From Octopus sinensis (lineage: Eukaryota), in assembly GCF_006345805.1 (NCBI RefSeq), contig NW_021836755.1, forward strand, positions 1 to 22,775: a stretch of 22,775 nucleotides of DNA, read 5' to 3'. Under the pieces are notes generated by a model. The model made no database searches. It was not told the origin of the DNA and saw only the letters and a list, made by a program, of their open reading frames with translations. Of this stretch, positions 1 through 10,994 are shown piece by piece. The stretch's first letter is position 1; the number at the start of each line of letters is the position of its first letter. The position numbers were made by a program, and so were the translations under genes.

Positions 1-3
1 ATA

Positions 4-36
<33 letters not shown>

Positions 37-61
37 ATGTTAGTCTATGTGTGTGTGTGTG

Positions 62-220
62 TGTGTTTATTTCGCTCGTAACTTAGTGGTTCGGCGAAAA
101 CGACCGAAAGGATGAGTACCAGGTTTTAAAGAATTTAAAACAAATGGTGAGGGGTCATTTTGTTTGAGTAGTATTGCTGCCGCATGGCCGTACTCAACTG
201 AATGAAACAATAAAAGAATA
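62..220 (+). mobile_element. Family-A tRNA-derived SINE, 3' half (diverged)
   Basis: gtaacttagtggttcggc...gatgagtaccagg...gcatggccgtac...gaaacaataaaagaata matches the 3' half of the better-preserved copies at 3362-3720 and 19064-19462. Confidence 0.7.
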
Positions 221-382
221 CATAAATATATGTGTAACCTACAGGTATATCTGTAGCAGGCGCTGGTTGCCTATAGGTTCAATTACGGAGATAAACATGT
301 AAGGAGGTATATGTGTGTTGTGTACACGTATACATATACAAACATATACAAATGTGTGTGTGTGTTATATATATATATATAT

Positions 383-584
383 AAAGTTAATCCAAACACG
401 AAAACACAATAACGCGAGGACGTGGAACAAGTATAGTATTATTGGACGCTCAGGAAAGAGGGAAAGAAATAGGGTTTAACGTTTCGAGCGGAACTCTTCG
501 TCAGAAACATACGAAAGGAAAGATCCAAAGAAGGGAAGACGGAGGAAAAAAATCGCCAACGGTATACATGCGGTCACATTTTGA
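383..584 (-). mobile_element. About 200-bp non-coding hammerhead-containing element (PLE pseudo-LTR-like or retrozyme-like), subfamily 1
   Basis: Complex sequence flanked by (TA)n on both sides. It contains the hammerhead at 474-508 and shares the downstream motif ttcc(t/c)gagcgt...taata with the elements at 605-803 and 8157-8345. Confidence 0.6.
474..508 (-). ncRNA. Minimal type I hammerhead ribozyme motif
   Basis: Minus strand reads GUUU-CUGACGA-A-GAGU-UCC-GCUC-GAAA-CGUU-AAAC. Helix I is GUUU/AAAC, the core is intact, helix II is GAGU/GCUC, and helix III is the loopless palindrome ACGU. Predicted cleavage GUU^ between 478 and 477. Confidence 0.75.
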
Positions 585-604
585 ATATATTTATATATAT
601 ATAT

Positions 605-803
605 AATAGTAGAATTTACAAAAAACCCCACAAAAGACGAAGACGGGTGTGTAAACAACAAACAGATGCATTAGTTTAACGCTCGGGAAGTGAGAAAGTC
701 TTTTACGTTTCGAGCCTACGCTCTTCGACAGAAAGGAACACAGAAATAAGCAGGGATAGAAAATAGAAAGAGGTATAGTGGCTAGCGATCTATCATGGCG
801 AAT
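605..803 (-). mobile_element. About 200-bp hammerhead-containing element, subfamily 2
   Basis: Its reverse complement aligns along its length with 8157-8345 (attcgccatgatagatcgctagccac...ttcccgagcgttaaactaat...tgtttgttg). Flanked by TA/TG microsatellites. Confidence 0.7.
700..735 (-). ncRNA. Minimal type I hammerhead motif with a core substitution (CUGUCGA)
   Basis: Minus strand reads CUUU-CUGUCGA-A-GAGC-GUAG-GCUC-GAAA-CGUA-AAAG. Helices I and II pair perfectly and helix III is the ACGU palindrome. A6>U in the core probably impairs cleavage. Confidence 0.65.
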
Positions 804-1102
804 ATATGTGTGCGTTTGTGTGTGTATGTATGTATACAAGACTTAAAGAATGGAGTAGATAAGATCCGGGCTACATATATTTCATATGGAGCGGAACCTC
901 GGAAGTGGGGAAAATACAACCGAAGGGCATACCGCAGGCCACTCGCAGGCTGTGTGTACTGTGATTAAATGAAAGTTTACATTGCCGGAAGGAGGTATAT
1001 ATTAACACATGGAAGATTCGATCGTAATGCGTAGAGATCACGGATTGCTTGAAGCTAACTTTCTCCCTACATCTCGATCATTGAATCTGATATATATATA
1101 TC

Positions 1103-1141
<39 letters not shown>

Positions 1142-1234
1142 GTTTGTGTATGTGTTTGTGTATGTTTGTGTGTGTTTATATATAGATAAATAAAGAAATG
1201 GAGTTAAACGCAGGTGTTATTCAAATCTTTATAC

Positions 1235-1281
1235 TTCCGACATATGTTTCGAAGAAAACATTGGTATTATTCCAGAGGGAA
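1235..1281 (-). ncRNA. Decayed hammerhead motif
   Basis: Minus strand reads UUCC-CUCUGGA-...-UUC-GAAA-CAUAUG-UC^-GGAA. Helix I UUCC/GGAA and palindromic helix III ACAUAUGU are kept, but the CUGANGA box is mutated. Confidence 0.35.
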
Positions 1282-1570
1282 TAAAATGATGTAAAATAAT
1301 ACGATATTCTCATTCGGGGGAAAATAGAAACGACCCCAGTAAGCTATTTTAACCGAATGTGATTACTGCATATACGATGAAGGGAACGCTGGTATGTTAT
1401 TAAAAAAAAATCGTTAATAGATTTCGCGTCAAATGCAATATTGAGAAACAGAAAGGGAGAAAATATCAGAAATCCAAGAGGGGAGAAATGTAATGCGTTA
1501 GATGAATGGGAATAACGCTTAAAGGCGTGGAAATATATAGAATTCGTGGAAAATAAATGCAAAAAGAAAG

Positions 1571-1909
1571 TTAAACGTCGATTTTTATACATTGGTAGAA
1601 ATTACTAATAGGAAAAAAGGTATGTTTTTGTGAGTCTTTACAACGATAAACGCGTTGTTTAAACGTGTTTACAAGCGAAATCTCAGAGAACCGGATGAGA
1701 TAGGATTCATCGATACAGAGCGGAAAAGAACATTTACCTTTTTCATATGGAAAGGACCTAGATAGAATATTCCATTCCAAATCAAATTGTTTATTATGTT
1801 CCTTCAGAGATCAAATTACTTTACTTAGCCCAGTATTGCTGCGTTTATTGATATATATAAATGTAGAGAAATGGTTTGATATTCTTTTGGACAACTGAGA
1901 TGAAGAACA
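1571..1909 (-). pseudogene. PLE GIY-YIG endonuclease C-terminal fragment with one in-frame stop
   Basis: One frame reads SSSQLSKRISNHFSTFIYINKRSNTGLSKVI*SLKEHNKQFDLEWNILSRSFPYEKGKCSFPLCIDESYLIRFSEISLVNTFKQRVYRCKDSQKHTF. This follows the PLE endonuclease pattern as I recall it: KR..NH..F, T.LSK.IW.LK, W.IL....PY..G...C.LC..E..LI, LN......C.H..K. The TGA lies where Trp is expected. Confidence 0.7.
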
Positions 1910-1973
1910 TCAGAGAAGAGTTTCTAGTCTTAGAATTATAGCCAAGGTAATTCTACCAATAATTCAAGGCTAG

Positions 1974-2025
<52 letters not shown>

Positions 2026-3224
2026 ATATATATACTATATATATATATATATGTATATTATATACAAGGATATTATATATAATGTATATTATACGGACAC
2101 AATTATACATTGAATGAGTTCACGGACTTATATATACATGTGTGTACAAATGTATCTATCCATGTTCGTTCGTTTCTGAATGATTGAATGTATGTTTGTA
2201 TGTACACACACACAACACACACACACACACACAAACACATACATACATACACAGACATATACAACAAGGTATTTTAATGATAAATTAATATATTATGATG
2301 TATCAAATACATTATATATAGGTGGCTAAAGCAATCAAAAAGCAAAAGGGTAGAATTCAAAAATAAGGGTGCAAATAACACCTACAATTGCTAGAAATAG
2401 GAGCTAAATCATATAAGCCAAATAGCCGCACAAAACCATTATCTCATGAGTTGTTCAGGGGACTTCGAGCGACAAGCCTCACCATCTTTCTCCATATATA
2501 TCAAATTTATAATGGCAACATATATAAGTATATATACATACATATACGTACATAAACACACAGACAGGCCCCAAGATGCACGCATGCACACACACACACA
2601 TACACAGAGAAATACACACATATATATATACATAGATATCAAATATGCACACAATGTATACAGAACGCACAGTTATATCCTGTTCAGAGATAAGAAGAAT
2701 TCAAAAGGATTCTATGCTAATCCAACCAAAGACAATAACACCAAGAACGAAGCCTTATAAAAATTATCGAACGTGTAGTTGTCTTAAGCTTCTAATGTTG
2801 TCGAAAGGGGGAGAATAGCCGAAGATTATGCGCATGCGTGATACACTGAAACACACAAACCCGCAACAGGAGCATATATGCATACACACACACACACAAG
2901 CATAAATACATACATGCAAATCATACATACACTCATGCACGTTTCACAAATCAATGTGCACGCATATAAACGTAAATATATACATATTCGTACACCTACT
3001 CTTATATACACCAGCATATCACACAGAAGGTGAGTTTCGGGGAGAGAATAGGCGGTAAAGGCAGAGGGAGGCGGAGATTAAGAAAAATCTATGAGGTAGG
3101 TAAGTATATTGAGATAGGTCTACATTTAGTGATATATTTCTCAAACAAAAGATTGAGCACTACATATATATACGCGTATGCTTATGCATATATGCATATC
3201 CATATATATACATATATACCCCAA

Positions 3225-3264
<40 letters not shown>

Positions 3265-3282
3265 TTATATTATATATATATA

Positions 3283-3361
<79 letters not shown>

Positions 3362-3363
<2 letters not shown>

Positions 3364-3720
3364 CATAGGAGTGGCTGTGTGGTAAATAGCATGCTTACGA
3401 ACCACATGGTTCCGGGTTCAGTCCACTGCGTGGCGCCTTGGGCAAGTATCTTCTACTATAGCCTAGGGCCGATCAATGCCTTGTGAGTGAATTTCGTAGA
3501 CGGAAACTGAAAGAAGCCCGTCCTATATATGTATATATATATGTGTATATGTATATGTGTGTACATGTTTGTGTGTCTCTATTTGTCTGTGTTTGTCCCC
3601 CCAACATCGCTTGACAACCGATGCTGGTGTGTTTACGTGCCCGTAACTTAGCTGTTCAGCAAAAGAGATCGATAGAATAAGTACTAGGCTTACTAAGAAT
3701 AAGTCCTGCGGTCGATTTGC
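3362..3720 (+). mobile_element. Family-A tRNA-derived SINE, nearly full length, 3' tail truncated by (TA)n
   Basis: A-box TGGCTGTGTGG and B-box-like GGGTTCAGTCC. A CORE-like ccttgggcaagtatcttctactatagcc segment, an internal TA/TG microsatellite and the 3' half are all present. Confidence 0.85.
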
Positions 3721-3907
3721 TATATATATATATATATATATATATATTACGGAGATGTACTTGCATAGCGAGTGACTTGATCAGAGTTCGTGCGCTGGAA
3801 CGAAAACGATTGCAGCGTGGAAGGTGTTTATAAGCCATTTAAGAAACACGCAAAAACGTTAGATTTATATATATATATACATTACATATATATATATATA
3901 TATATAT

Positions 3908-3952
<45 letters not shown>

Positions 3953-4231
3953 ATATATATATATATACTTATGTATATATCTTCATACTTAGGTTAGTTA
4001 AATATTTTTGTGGCTGTTTTTAGAAATCTTCTATTACTGTAAAATGTGCAAAAAACCAAACAAACAAAACTTCTGCTATAAGGGAGATTTTTTTTCTTTC
4101 GACGGTAACTGCAATGAATGTGCCTTTAGAAGTTGATATATGTCACAAATATATTTTAACTAATCCAATGTTCGCTTATGCCCAAACACTGTTGGCGCTG
4201 ACACTGCTTCACTCGCGCACACAAGCACATG

Positions 4232-4293
<62 letters not shown>

Positions 4294-5660
4294 ATACAGA
4301 GAATCCACTATGTGGACGCTCTTACGCTAGATATAGATCCGCAAATGGAATCCACCGCTAAGAATTGTTCTCAAAGAATAATTCAACACACACATAGTGG
4401 ATTCTCTCGTATAGTTGTGTATTAATAATATTTACTGAATCTCAGTCTTTTATACGCTAGGCCACTTGGTGTTTAAATTGGTGTTATTAAAAATTAATAT
4501 CCAATTTTTTCCCCCTTAATTTGACTTTAATTATGTATATATATATATACGTATATATGTATATATATATAGTTCACAATACAGCAAATATGTCATTTTG
4601 GTATCCCTTTCACATTGAAACACACGCACAAATAATGAATATAATTCCGCATGAATGTGTTGGCTCATTCAAGGACCCACAAACACGTACACATACACAT
4701 GTCATGTTCAATGAAACATTAGAAAACATGGAGTACACAAAGGGATCAATATTCAATGTTTCCCAGATAAATAACCTCTAATCCCACCCGTTTATCAGTT
4801 TACATATAACAACAAATGTGGTAAATAACCAATTCTAGAATTAATAACTAAACTCTATCAACCGGGTGTTTACTAAAAGCTACATAAGAAGAACAATATG
4901 AAAGATAGCTATAGGTGCACAGGAACCACAAATTACGTCACCGAATTTACGAACAGCTAATTATCTAGAAACGAACAGCTTATAACCGAATGTAGGTGCA
5001 GCTGAAATAAATGAAATCCCTGCATGTAAAGCGGATGCCCATAAGGCAACCGTAAAGAATAATCGATTTAAACTATATCTGAACAACAAGTGTGATATTC
5101 GAAGCTTGACATGAACAATACGCATTGTTCACTTCCCACAGTATATACACGAAGAATGGTATGTATGCATCGAAATATATTTACAATTCAAGGAACAGTC
5201 TGTAAGTATAAACAGAGTAACAATAGATACTTCTAACAATCACATAAAATTTCTCTGGGACATTCCTTCCCTTGTGAACCGAGGGAAAAAACGATAAAAC
5301 CTGTATCTGAGAAATTTTTCAAGTCCATACACAATATACTGCCGCATATTCGCAGAACGTATTGTCTTATCATAGATAACAGTACAGAAGGGTCAAAATG
5401 TCGCCACCAAAGCCCATTTTCGACCTAAGTAACAAAATATATGTATAATATTCATATTATACATTAGGGAAAGAGGCAGGATTAACGCCGAGAGGTGATA
5501 TTTATCCCCACTTAAACGTAGATGTTCTGTTGGAAAAAGTATACTGCGGTAGTTGTCACGAGAGAAACTCTCATGTTGGCTTTTGGTGAAAAATGAACTG
5601 ATGTTAATCTTGCTGGTGGAAAGATAAATTCTTGCCCCATCTAGTGTCGATGCCACCAGT

Positions 5661-5795
5661 TCATGTGATTTCGACCTTCCTTGGTCTTGTCAATGATGGA
5701 CGCTCGACTGCTTGGGGAATGCCGCCCATTAACCATACGTAAATGGTCATCAGAATCAATTGCAAAAAGACTGATCTGAATTGCAATCCGGTTAA
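5661..5795 (-). CDS. Candidate terminal exon, LTGLQFRSVFLQLILMTIYVWLMGGIPQAVERPSLTRPRKVEIT*, unknown product
   Basis: Pyrimidine-rich acceptor (ccattttatag|TTA), 44 codons including a hydrophobic stretch, then TGA. No homology recognised. Confidence 0.12.
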   Translation of the reverse strand, partial: LTGLQFRSVFLQLILMTIYVWLMGGIPQAVERPSLTRPRKVEIT

Positions 5796-6782
5796 CTATA
5801 AAATGGCGCAGTGGAGATACAAAAAATGGGAGCCTAGCGTACGCACGCAAAAAAAAAAAAAGATTGCCATGGAAACTCAGTGATTAAGAAACCAAAATAA
5901 AAATTAAGAGATACCAAATTCAATTAAAACGACAATAGGAAAAAGGAAAATTAGCTGTATCTGATACATCGCACCGCTTTAACACTCACTACAGACATAA
6001 GCAAAATGCCAATTTCGTAAACCCGGATATGATAATAAAATTGAACGATCGATGTGAAACACGCTGGGCGGTAAAATAAACAGCATCACATTAAAAATAT
6101 AGATGAATTAACAAGATGGATTTAGAGGAACCGGATGCAATGACGAAATCGATTAACAGATACAAAACAACTGATGAATTGACCAATGGAAAACCTCAAT
6201 ACGAAAATATAATAAAATGCTACACTAGAAGGTTATAGAAAATCACCAACGACAATGATAGTTAAACACAAAAGAATGAGCCTTTCAATTTATACAAAAT
6301 GTGTATCAAATTCCGAAAATGCTCACCCACATGCTTATCCACATAGAGATACACGCATAAGCATACATGTAAACACACACACATATATACATCTGAGAGT
6401 ATGTGTATACATGCGTGTTTATGAGCCCAGCCATTAACAAGACGAAGGAACCACACGAAGCAAACTTGTAGCTATAGCGACATCAGTCTCCGCTTGTCAC
6501 CTTCCTCCCCATCACAACTTTCTCCCTTTCGTCCTCCTTCTTCTCTCCCCCCACACACCTCTGAGCAGGTGTGTATTTTTTATATATGCATTCTCATGCA
6601 TATAGTTACATATCTAGACTTGATCATATATATTTAAATGGTAAACTTCAGGAAAGTTTTACAGATATTTACAGTTCCAGTGATGGATTCGATCGGTGGT
6701 CTTCGAATTACCTTTCTCCTTTTTGATTTTGACAAGCCTAATGTCTCAAGATTGGTATTTAGACAATGTGTAACATATCCAG

Positions 6783-6836
6783 GGCCCCAATAATTGCAGG
6801 TACAAACCTGAACTTGTAATACCTGAACTAGATAGA
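6783..6836 (+). CDS. Candidate internal exon GPNNCRYKPELVIPELDR (phase 0-0)
   Basis: atatccag|GGC...AGA|gtaagt. The donor is perfect and the acceptor is weak. A competing minus-strand exon (6712-6827) is also possible. Confidence 0.18.
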
Positions 6837-6909
6837 GTAAGTGCAGATTTCTCAATAGTGTATGTTTGTATGCATGTGTGTGTGAATGAATGTATGTATT
6901 TATATATGT

Positions 6910-7591
6910 GTTATCTGCTACTTGCTTCGGTCATTTGACTGTGGCCAATCTGGGGCACTGCGTCGTAGAGTGTTAGTCGAACAAATCGAGCTACTTTTTT
7001 TAAAGAAATGTATTTATTCTGTTGGTCTTTTATAATCATCATTGTTCGACCGTGGTCGAGACAAAGGAATTTACTATGTTACGCCAGACTTCAAGGTCCA
7101 TCATAGTATTACGGAGGCCCTGTTGCTGGATGCTTGTATCCCTGGAGATTACATCAGGGTAGGAGAGTGTGCGCCCTCTGGTATCGCGAGGAGATGGCTT
7201 CCAGAGGAGAAGAGTAGAAATTAACTCGTTTTCAGCTCTACAAAAATGTCCAGCAAACTGAACTCTTCTACCTTTCACAAGAGATGATACAGGTGGTAAT
7301 TTCCCATATATTTGTACTTTGGTTGGATGACGCCTCCAAGTGATATTTTGAGGACGTAAACACACTAATACCAGTTGTCAAGCGTTAGTGGTGGACAAAC
7401 ATAGACACAAAGAAATAAACATACACACATGCACAAACATATACATATATACTGCGGGCGTATTTCAGTTTCGCTAACCAAATCCAGTCACAAGGCTTTG
7501 GTCAACCCATGGCTATAGTAGAAAACTCTTGCCGAAAATGCTTTGTCGCTGGGAAGCGCAAGCTTCGCGCCACACAACCACGCCTACGCCT
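6910..7591 (-). mobile_element. Family-A SINE interrupted by an RTE fragment, B-box region deleted
   Basis: Head aggcgtaggcgtggttgtgtgg at 7591 and ctactatagcc core. The 3' half is split between 7351-7410 and 6910-7031. Confidence 0.7.
7033..7350 (-). mobile_element. 5'-truncated RTE-clade LINE (ORF C-terminus plus short TGA-repeat tail)
   Basis: Open frame QNITWRRHPTKVQIYGKLPPVSSLVKGRRVQFAGHFCRAENELISTLLLWKPSPRDTRGRTLSYPDVISRDT...AMMD-like...EVWRNIV resembles the post-RT C-terminal region of RTE ORFs (I.W..H.T...IYG, RR..FAGH, LLW.P, R.W). Confidence 0.8.
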
Positions 7592-7703
7592 ACTGTATAT
7601 ATGTATGTATGTACATACGCATGTATGTGTGTATATATATATTTATGTATATGTAAGTATATAGTATATATTAGTGTATATATATATATATATATAGTAT
7701 ATA

Positions 7704-7746
<43 letters not shown>

Positions 7747-7755
7747 GTATATATG

Positions 7756-7793
<38 letters not shown>

Positions 7794-8156
7794 ATGTATA
7801 TATACACACATACACACATACAAATCTCTTCACTCCTACCCACCTACTCCCTTCCACTCTCCCTTTATCGTCACCCCTCCCTCGTAACACCACTACACCA
7901 TAGACCACCATACCACACAACACCACATCACATGACATCACATCACACCACCAGCACACACTAGCACTGACCACATCCCAGCTCCACACTATTATACACA
8001 CAACTACACACACGCAAACATCAAGGTCACCAGCCTCCTTCCATACGCACATACATGCTCTTTATACACACGCACGCACACCTTCATTTTGGTATCACCA
8101 CTATTTTATTATCTCCTCCTTCTTCCTAGCCCTCCTGTGTGACCCCTTTCTCCGGC

Positions 8157-8345
8157 ATTCGCCATGATAGATCGCTAGCCACAACAAAATCTTTATTTTC
8201 TCTCCCTGTTTCTTTCTGTGTTCCTTTCTGAGGAAGAGAGTAAGCTCGAAACGTTAAAGACATTTTCACTTCCCGAGCGTTAAACTAATAAAACTGTTTG
8301 TTGTCTACACCTTCGTCTTTTGATTTTTTCTGCGAATTCTCCCTA
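8157..8345 (+). mobile_element. Hammerhead-containing element, subfamily 2 (inverted homolog of 605-803)
   Basis: Colinear with the reverse complement of 605-803 and ends in (TA)n. Confidence 0.7.
8224..8259 (+). ncRNA. Minimal type I hammerhead ribozyme motif, core intact
   Basis: CUUU-CUGAGGA-A-GAG-AGUAAG-CUC-GAAA-CGUU-AAAG, with helix I CUUU/AAAG, ACGU palindrome and GUU^ cleavage triplet. Confidence 0.7.
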
Positions 8346-9113
8346 TATATATATATATATTTTATTTTATTCTACCTATATATATATACATATATAGATA
8401 TATATTTAAATTCTCCTCATATATATCTATATATATATATAATATATATATATAATATATATATATATACGTATATATATATATATTATATGTTATATAT
8501 TTATATATATATATATGTATATATGTATGTTTGTGTGTGTGTGTACGAAGGATTTAACATGAAAAATAGGAAAAATTCAAAAGCTGACGGAAAATTTGAC
8601 AACACACACACACACATCGGTGAGTCTTACTGTACGTGTATTGTTAAAAGCTGTATTGTTACAACGTTAAAATTTCTAATCATTTCACAAATATTTCACA
8701 AATCAACAGTATGCACACATGAATGCATGCATACATACACACATACATACATACGTACATATATTAACACATACGTACATAAGTACATACATACATTTAT
8801 ACATACATACATATATACATACACATACACCTCACATATACAACACACTCAAAACGTATGCGTCCATAAACACATTCCCGCTCTTTACACAGACACAGAA
8901 GGATAAAACTAAAAAAAGAAATAGTTTGCGGATATATATGTGTGTGTGTGTGAGTATGTACGTGTGTGTGCGCGTGTTTAAACAGCCAAAATATAAATAA
9001 AGTATACATACATACATACACATATATATATATATATATATATACATATATACATATATATATACATTATACATACATACATACATACATATATATATAT
9101 CTATATACTACGT

Positions 9114-9152
<39 letters not shown>

Positions 9153-9789
9153 CATACATACATACATATATATATATTATAAACATATATATATATATAT
9201 ATATATATACATACATACTACATACATACATTATAATATACATATAACATACATGCATATATATATATATATACATATATACATACATACATATATATAT
9301 ATATATGTATGTATATATATATGAAATAAAATAATCGAATTTTTAATCCATAAGTAGAGATGTGTCTGGCTCTACTTTTCTCACTGTCTCTGTGTCTGTC
9401 AACCGCCTTTTGACTGTTCATAGTTATTTATTCGTTTCGCTTCGTATCTCCACTCCTTCTCTTCGCTTTTACTAAAGTTCGCGCTGATGAAATTTAGCAT
9501 TGCGTAAACTTCAATAATGTTTTTAGCAGACGTTGAATTCACACTTTGTCAATAATATTCAAATCTAACATGAAATGGAAAGCCCCGCAATGCGTCAACA
9601 CTAAGATAGGCAATCAGAGGAACCCATAAGTGGTCGTACGGCCTGCTGAAAGTAGTAACAAAGTTTCCCTGAAATTGTACACAAGAATCTTTCTAAAGGA
9701 AAAAAAAACTTTCGCTATATGTAGATTTTGATATCTCTTACAAGTTTCTTGTCATTTGTTTTTGTGTTCGTCATGCTAAAAAGAAGGCG

Positions 9790-9910
9790 TTTTTGGATGC
9801 GGCCATGCTGGGGCTATGCATTGAAGCGCTTAATCTAAGAAATCGACCACAATATTTCTTTAAAACGTTGTGTTTATTCTCTCATTTCTCTCTGCCGAAT
9901 CACTAAATTT
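9790..9910 (-). mobile_element. Diverged family-A SINE 3' tail
   Basis: tgcggccatgctggggc...aaatcgacc...tattct...tgccgaatcactaa matches the reverse complement of the family-A tail. Confidence 0.55.
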
Positions 9911-10059
9911 ATCCAGTAATTCTGCTGCTCTAATGGCATCTCTGCTTTCGAAATAATATCATCTCATTTGTACCATAGAAAACACATTTTCAATGCTTAA
10001 TAAATGAACAAATATTTGTTTGTTTAAAAATGTTTTTTCCATGAAGCTAAAGTATTTAG

Positions 10060-10191
10060 CGTTTAAATTCGGCGGTGAATTTGTCAGCGGACGGTTTAGC
10101 TTAATGGTGAATCATGTATCCGCAGTCTTTGAAAGATACAGGTTTGAGTCCCTTCGTTGTTTGCTAACAATTATTTTCCCGCCTTGTAACG
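10060..10191 (+). CDS. Candidate internal exon (phase 1-1) FKFGGEFVSGRFSLMVNHVSAVFERYRFESLRCLLTIIFPPCN
   Basis: gtatttag|CG...AAC G|gtaatt, open frame, phase-compatible with 13214. The acceptor is weak. Confidence 0.18.
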
Positions 10192-10296
10192 GTAATTTAC
10201 CCATTATTTTTGATGTTCTAAGGGCAAATCTGCGTGCCATAAAGATATCAACTTATATCTATCGATAAATAAATAAATATATATATGTATATATAT

Positions 10297-10610
10297 GGTC
10301 GTCGTGGCACTCCGTCAGTTAAGCCGACGAGGTTTCCAGTTGATCCGATCAAGAGAACAGCCCACTCGTGAAATTAATGTGCCAGTGACAAGCCTGGCCC
10401 TTCGAAACACAGGTACAACAGAAACAGGAAGAAAGAGTGAGAGAAAGTTGTGGTGAAAGAATACGGCAGAGTTCGCAACCACCCCTTTCTGGAGCCTCAT
10501 TGAGCTTTAGGTGTTTTTACTCAAACATTCACAACGCCCGGTCTGGGAATCGAAACCGCGATCCTATGACCGCGAGTCCGCTGCCTTAACTACTGGGCCA
10601 TTGCGCCTCC
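10297..10610 (-). mobile_element. Family-C tRNA-derived SINE, apparently with an internal deletion
   Basis: Head ggaggcgcaatggcccagtagttaaggcagcggactcgcggtcataggatcgcggtttcgattcccagaccggg has clear A and B boxes. The tail is ...gatcggatcaactggaaacc...gacggagtgccac. Confidence 0.8.
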
Positions 10611-10621
10611 ACTATATATAA

Positions 10622-10994
10622 GGCAGAATCGTTAGCACGCCGGGCGAAATGCGAAGCCGTATTTCGTCTGCCGTTACGTTCTGAGTTCAAATTCCGCCAA
10701 GGTCAACTTTGCCTTTCATCCTTTCGGGGTCGATAAATTAATAATCGACTTAATCCCTTTGTCTGTCCTTGTTTGTCCTCTCTGTGTTTAGCCCCTTGTG
10801 GGTAGTAAAGAAATGGGTATTTCGTCTGCCGTTACGTTGTGAGTTCAAATTCCGCCGAGGTCGACTTTGCCTTTCATCCTTTCGGGGTCGATTAAATAAG
10901 TACCAGTTACGTACTGGTGTCGATGTAATAGACTTAATCCCTTTGTCTGTTCTTGTTTGTCCCCTCCATGTTTAGCCCCCCGTAAGCGATAAAG

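Larger units (their letters stand above)
1190..1975 (-). mobile_element. Decayed Penelope-like retroelement, 3' portion (endonuclease remnant plus 3' pseudo-LTR region)
   Basis: GIY-YIG C-terminal-like translation at 1571-1909, followed downstream by a decayed hammerhead at 1235-1281. This is the expected PLE order. Boundaries are approximate. Confidence 0.6.

Noticed and set aside
840-1090. Complex non-microsatellite blocks (also 2320-2830, 3745-3865 and 4380-5100) that look like repeat fragments
   Set aside because: No second copy in the window and no motif I can support; a repeat-library search is needed.
5393-5656. 87-aa minus-strand ORF
   Set aside because: No recognisable domain or splice context; within chance expectation for AT-rich DNA.
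6165-6205. CTGATGA...GGAAA hammerhead-like string
   Set aside because: Helix II would have a 2-nt loop, and neither helix I nor helix III pairs.
10088-10160. tRNA-like A-box/B-box spacing (tagcttaatgg...ggtttgagtccc)
   Set aside because: No acceptor stem and an oversized anticodon loop, so not a tRNA gene. It could be an old SINE head, which would weaken the exon call at 10060-10191.
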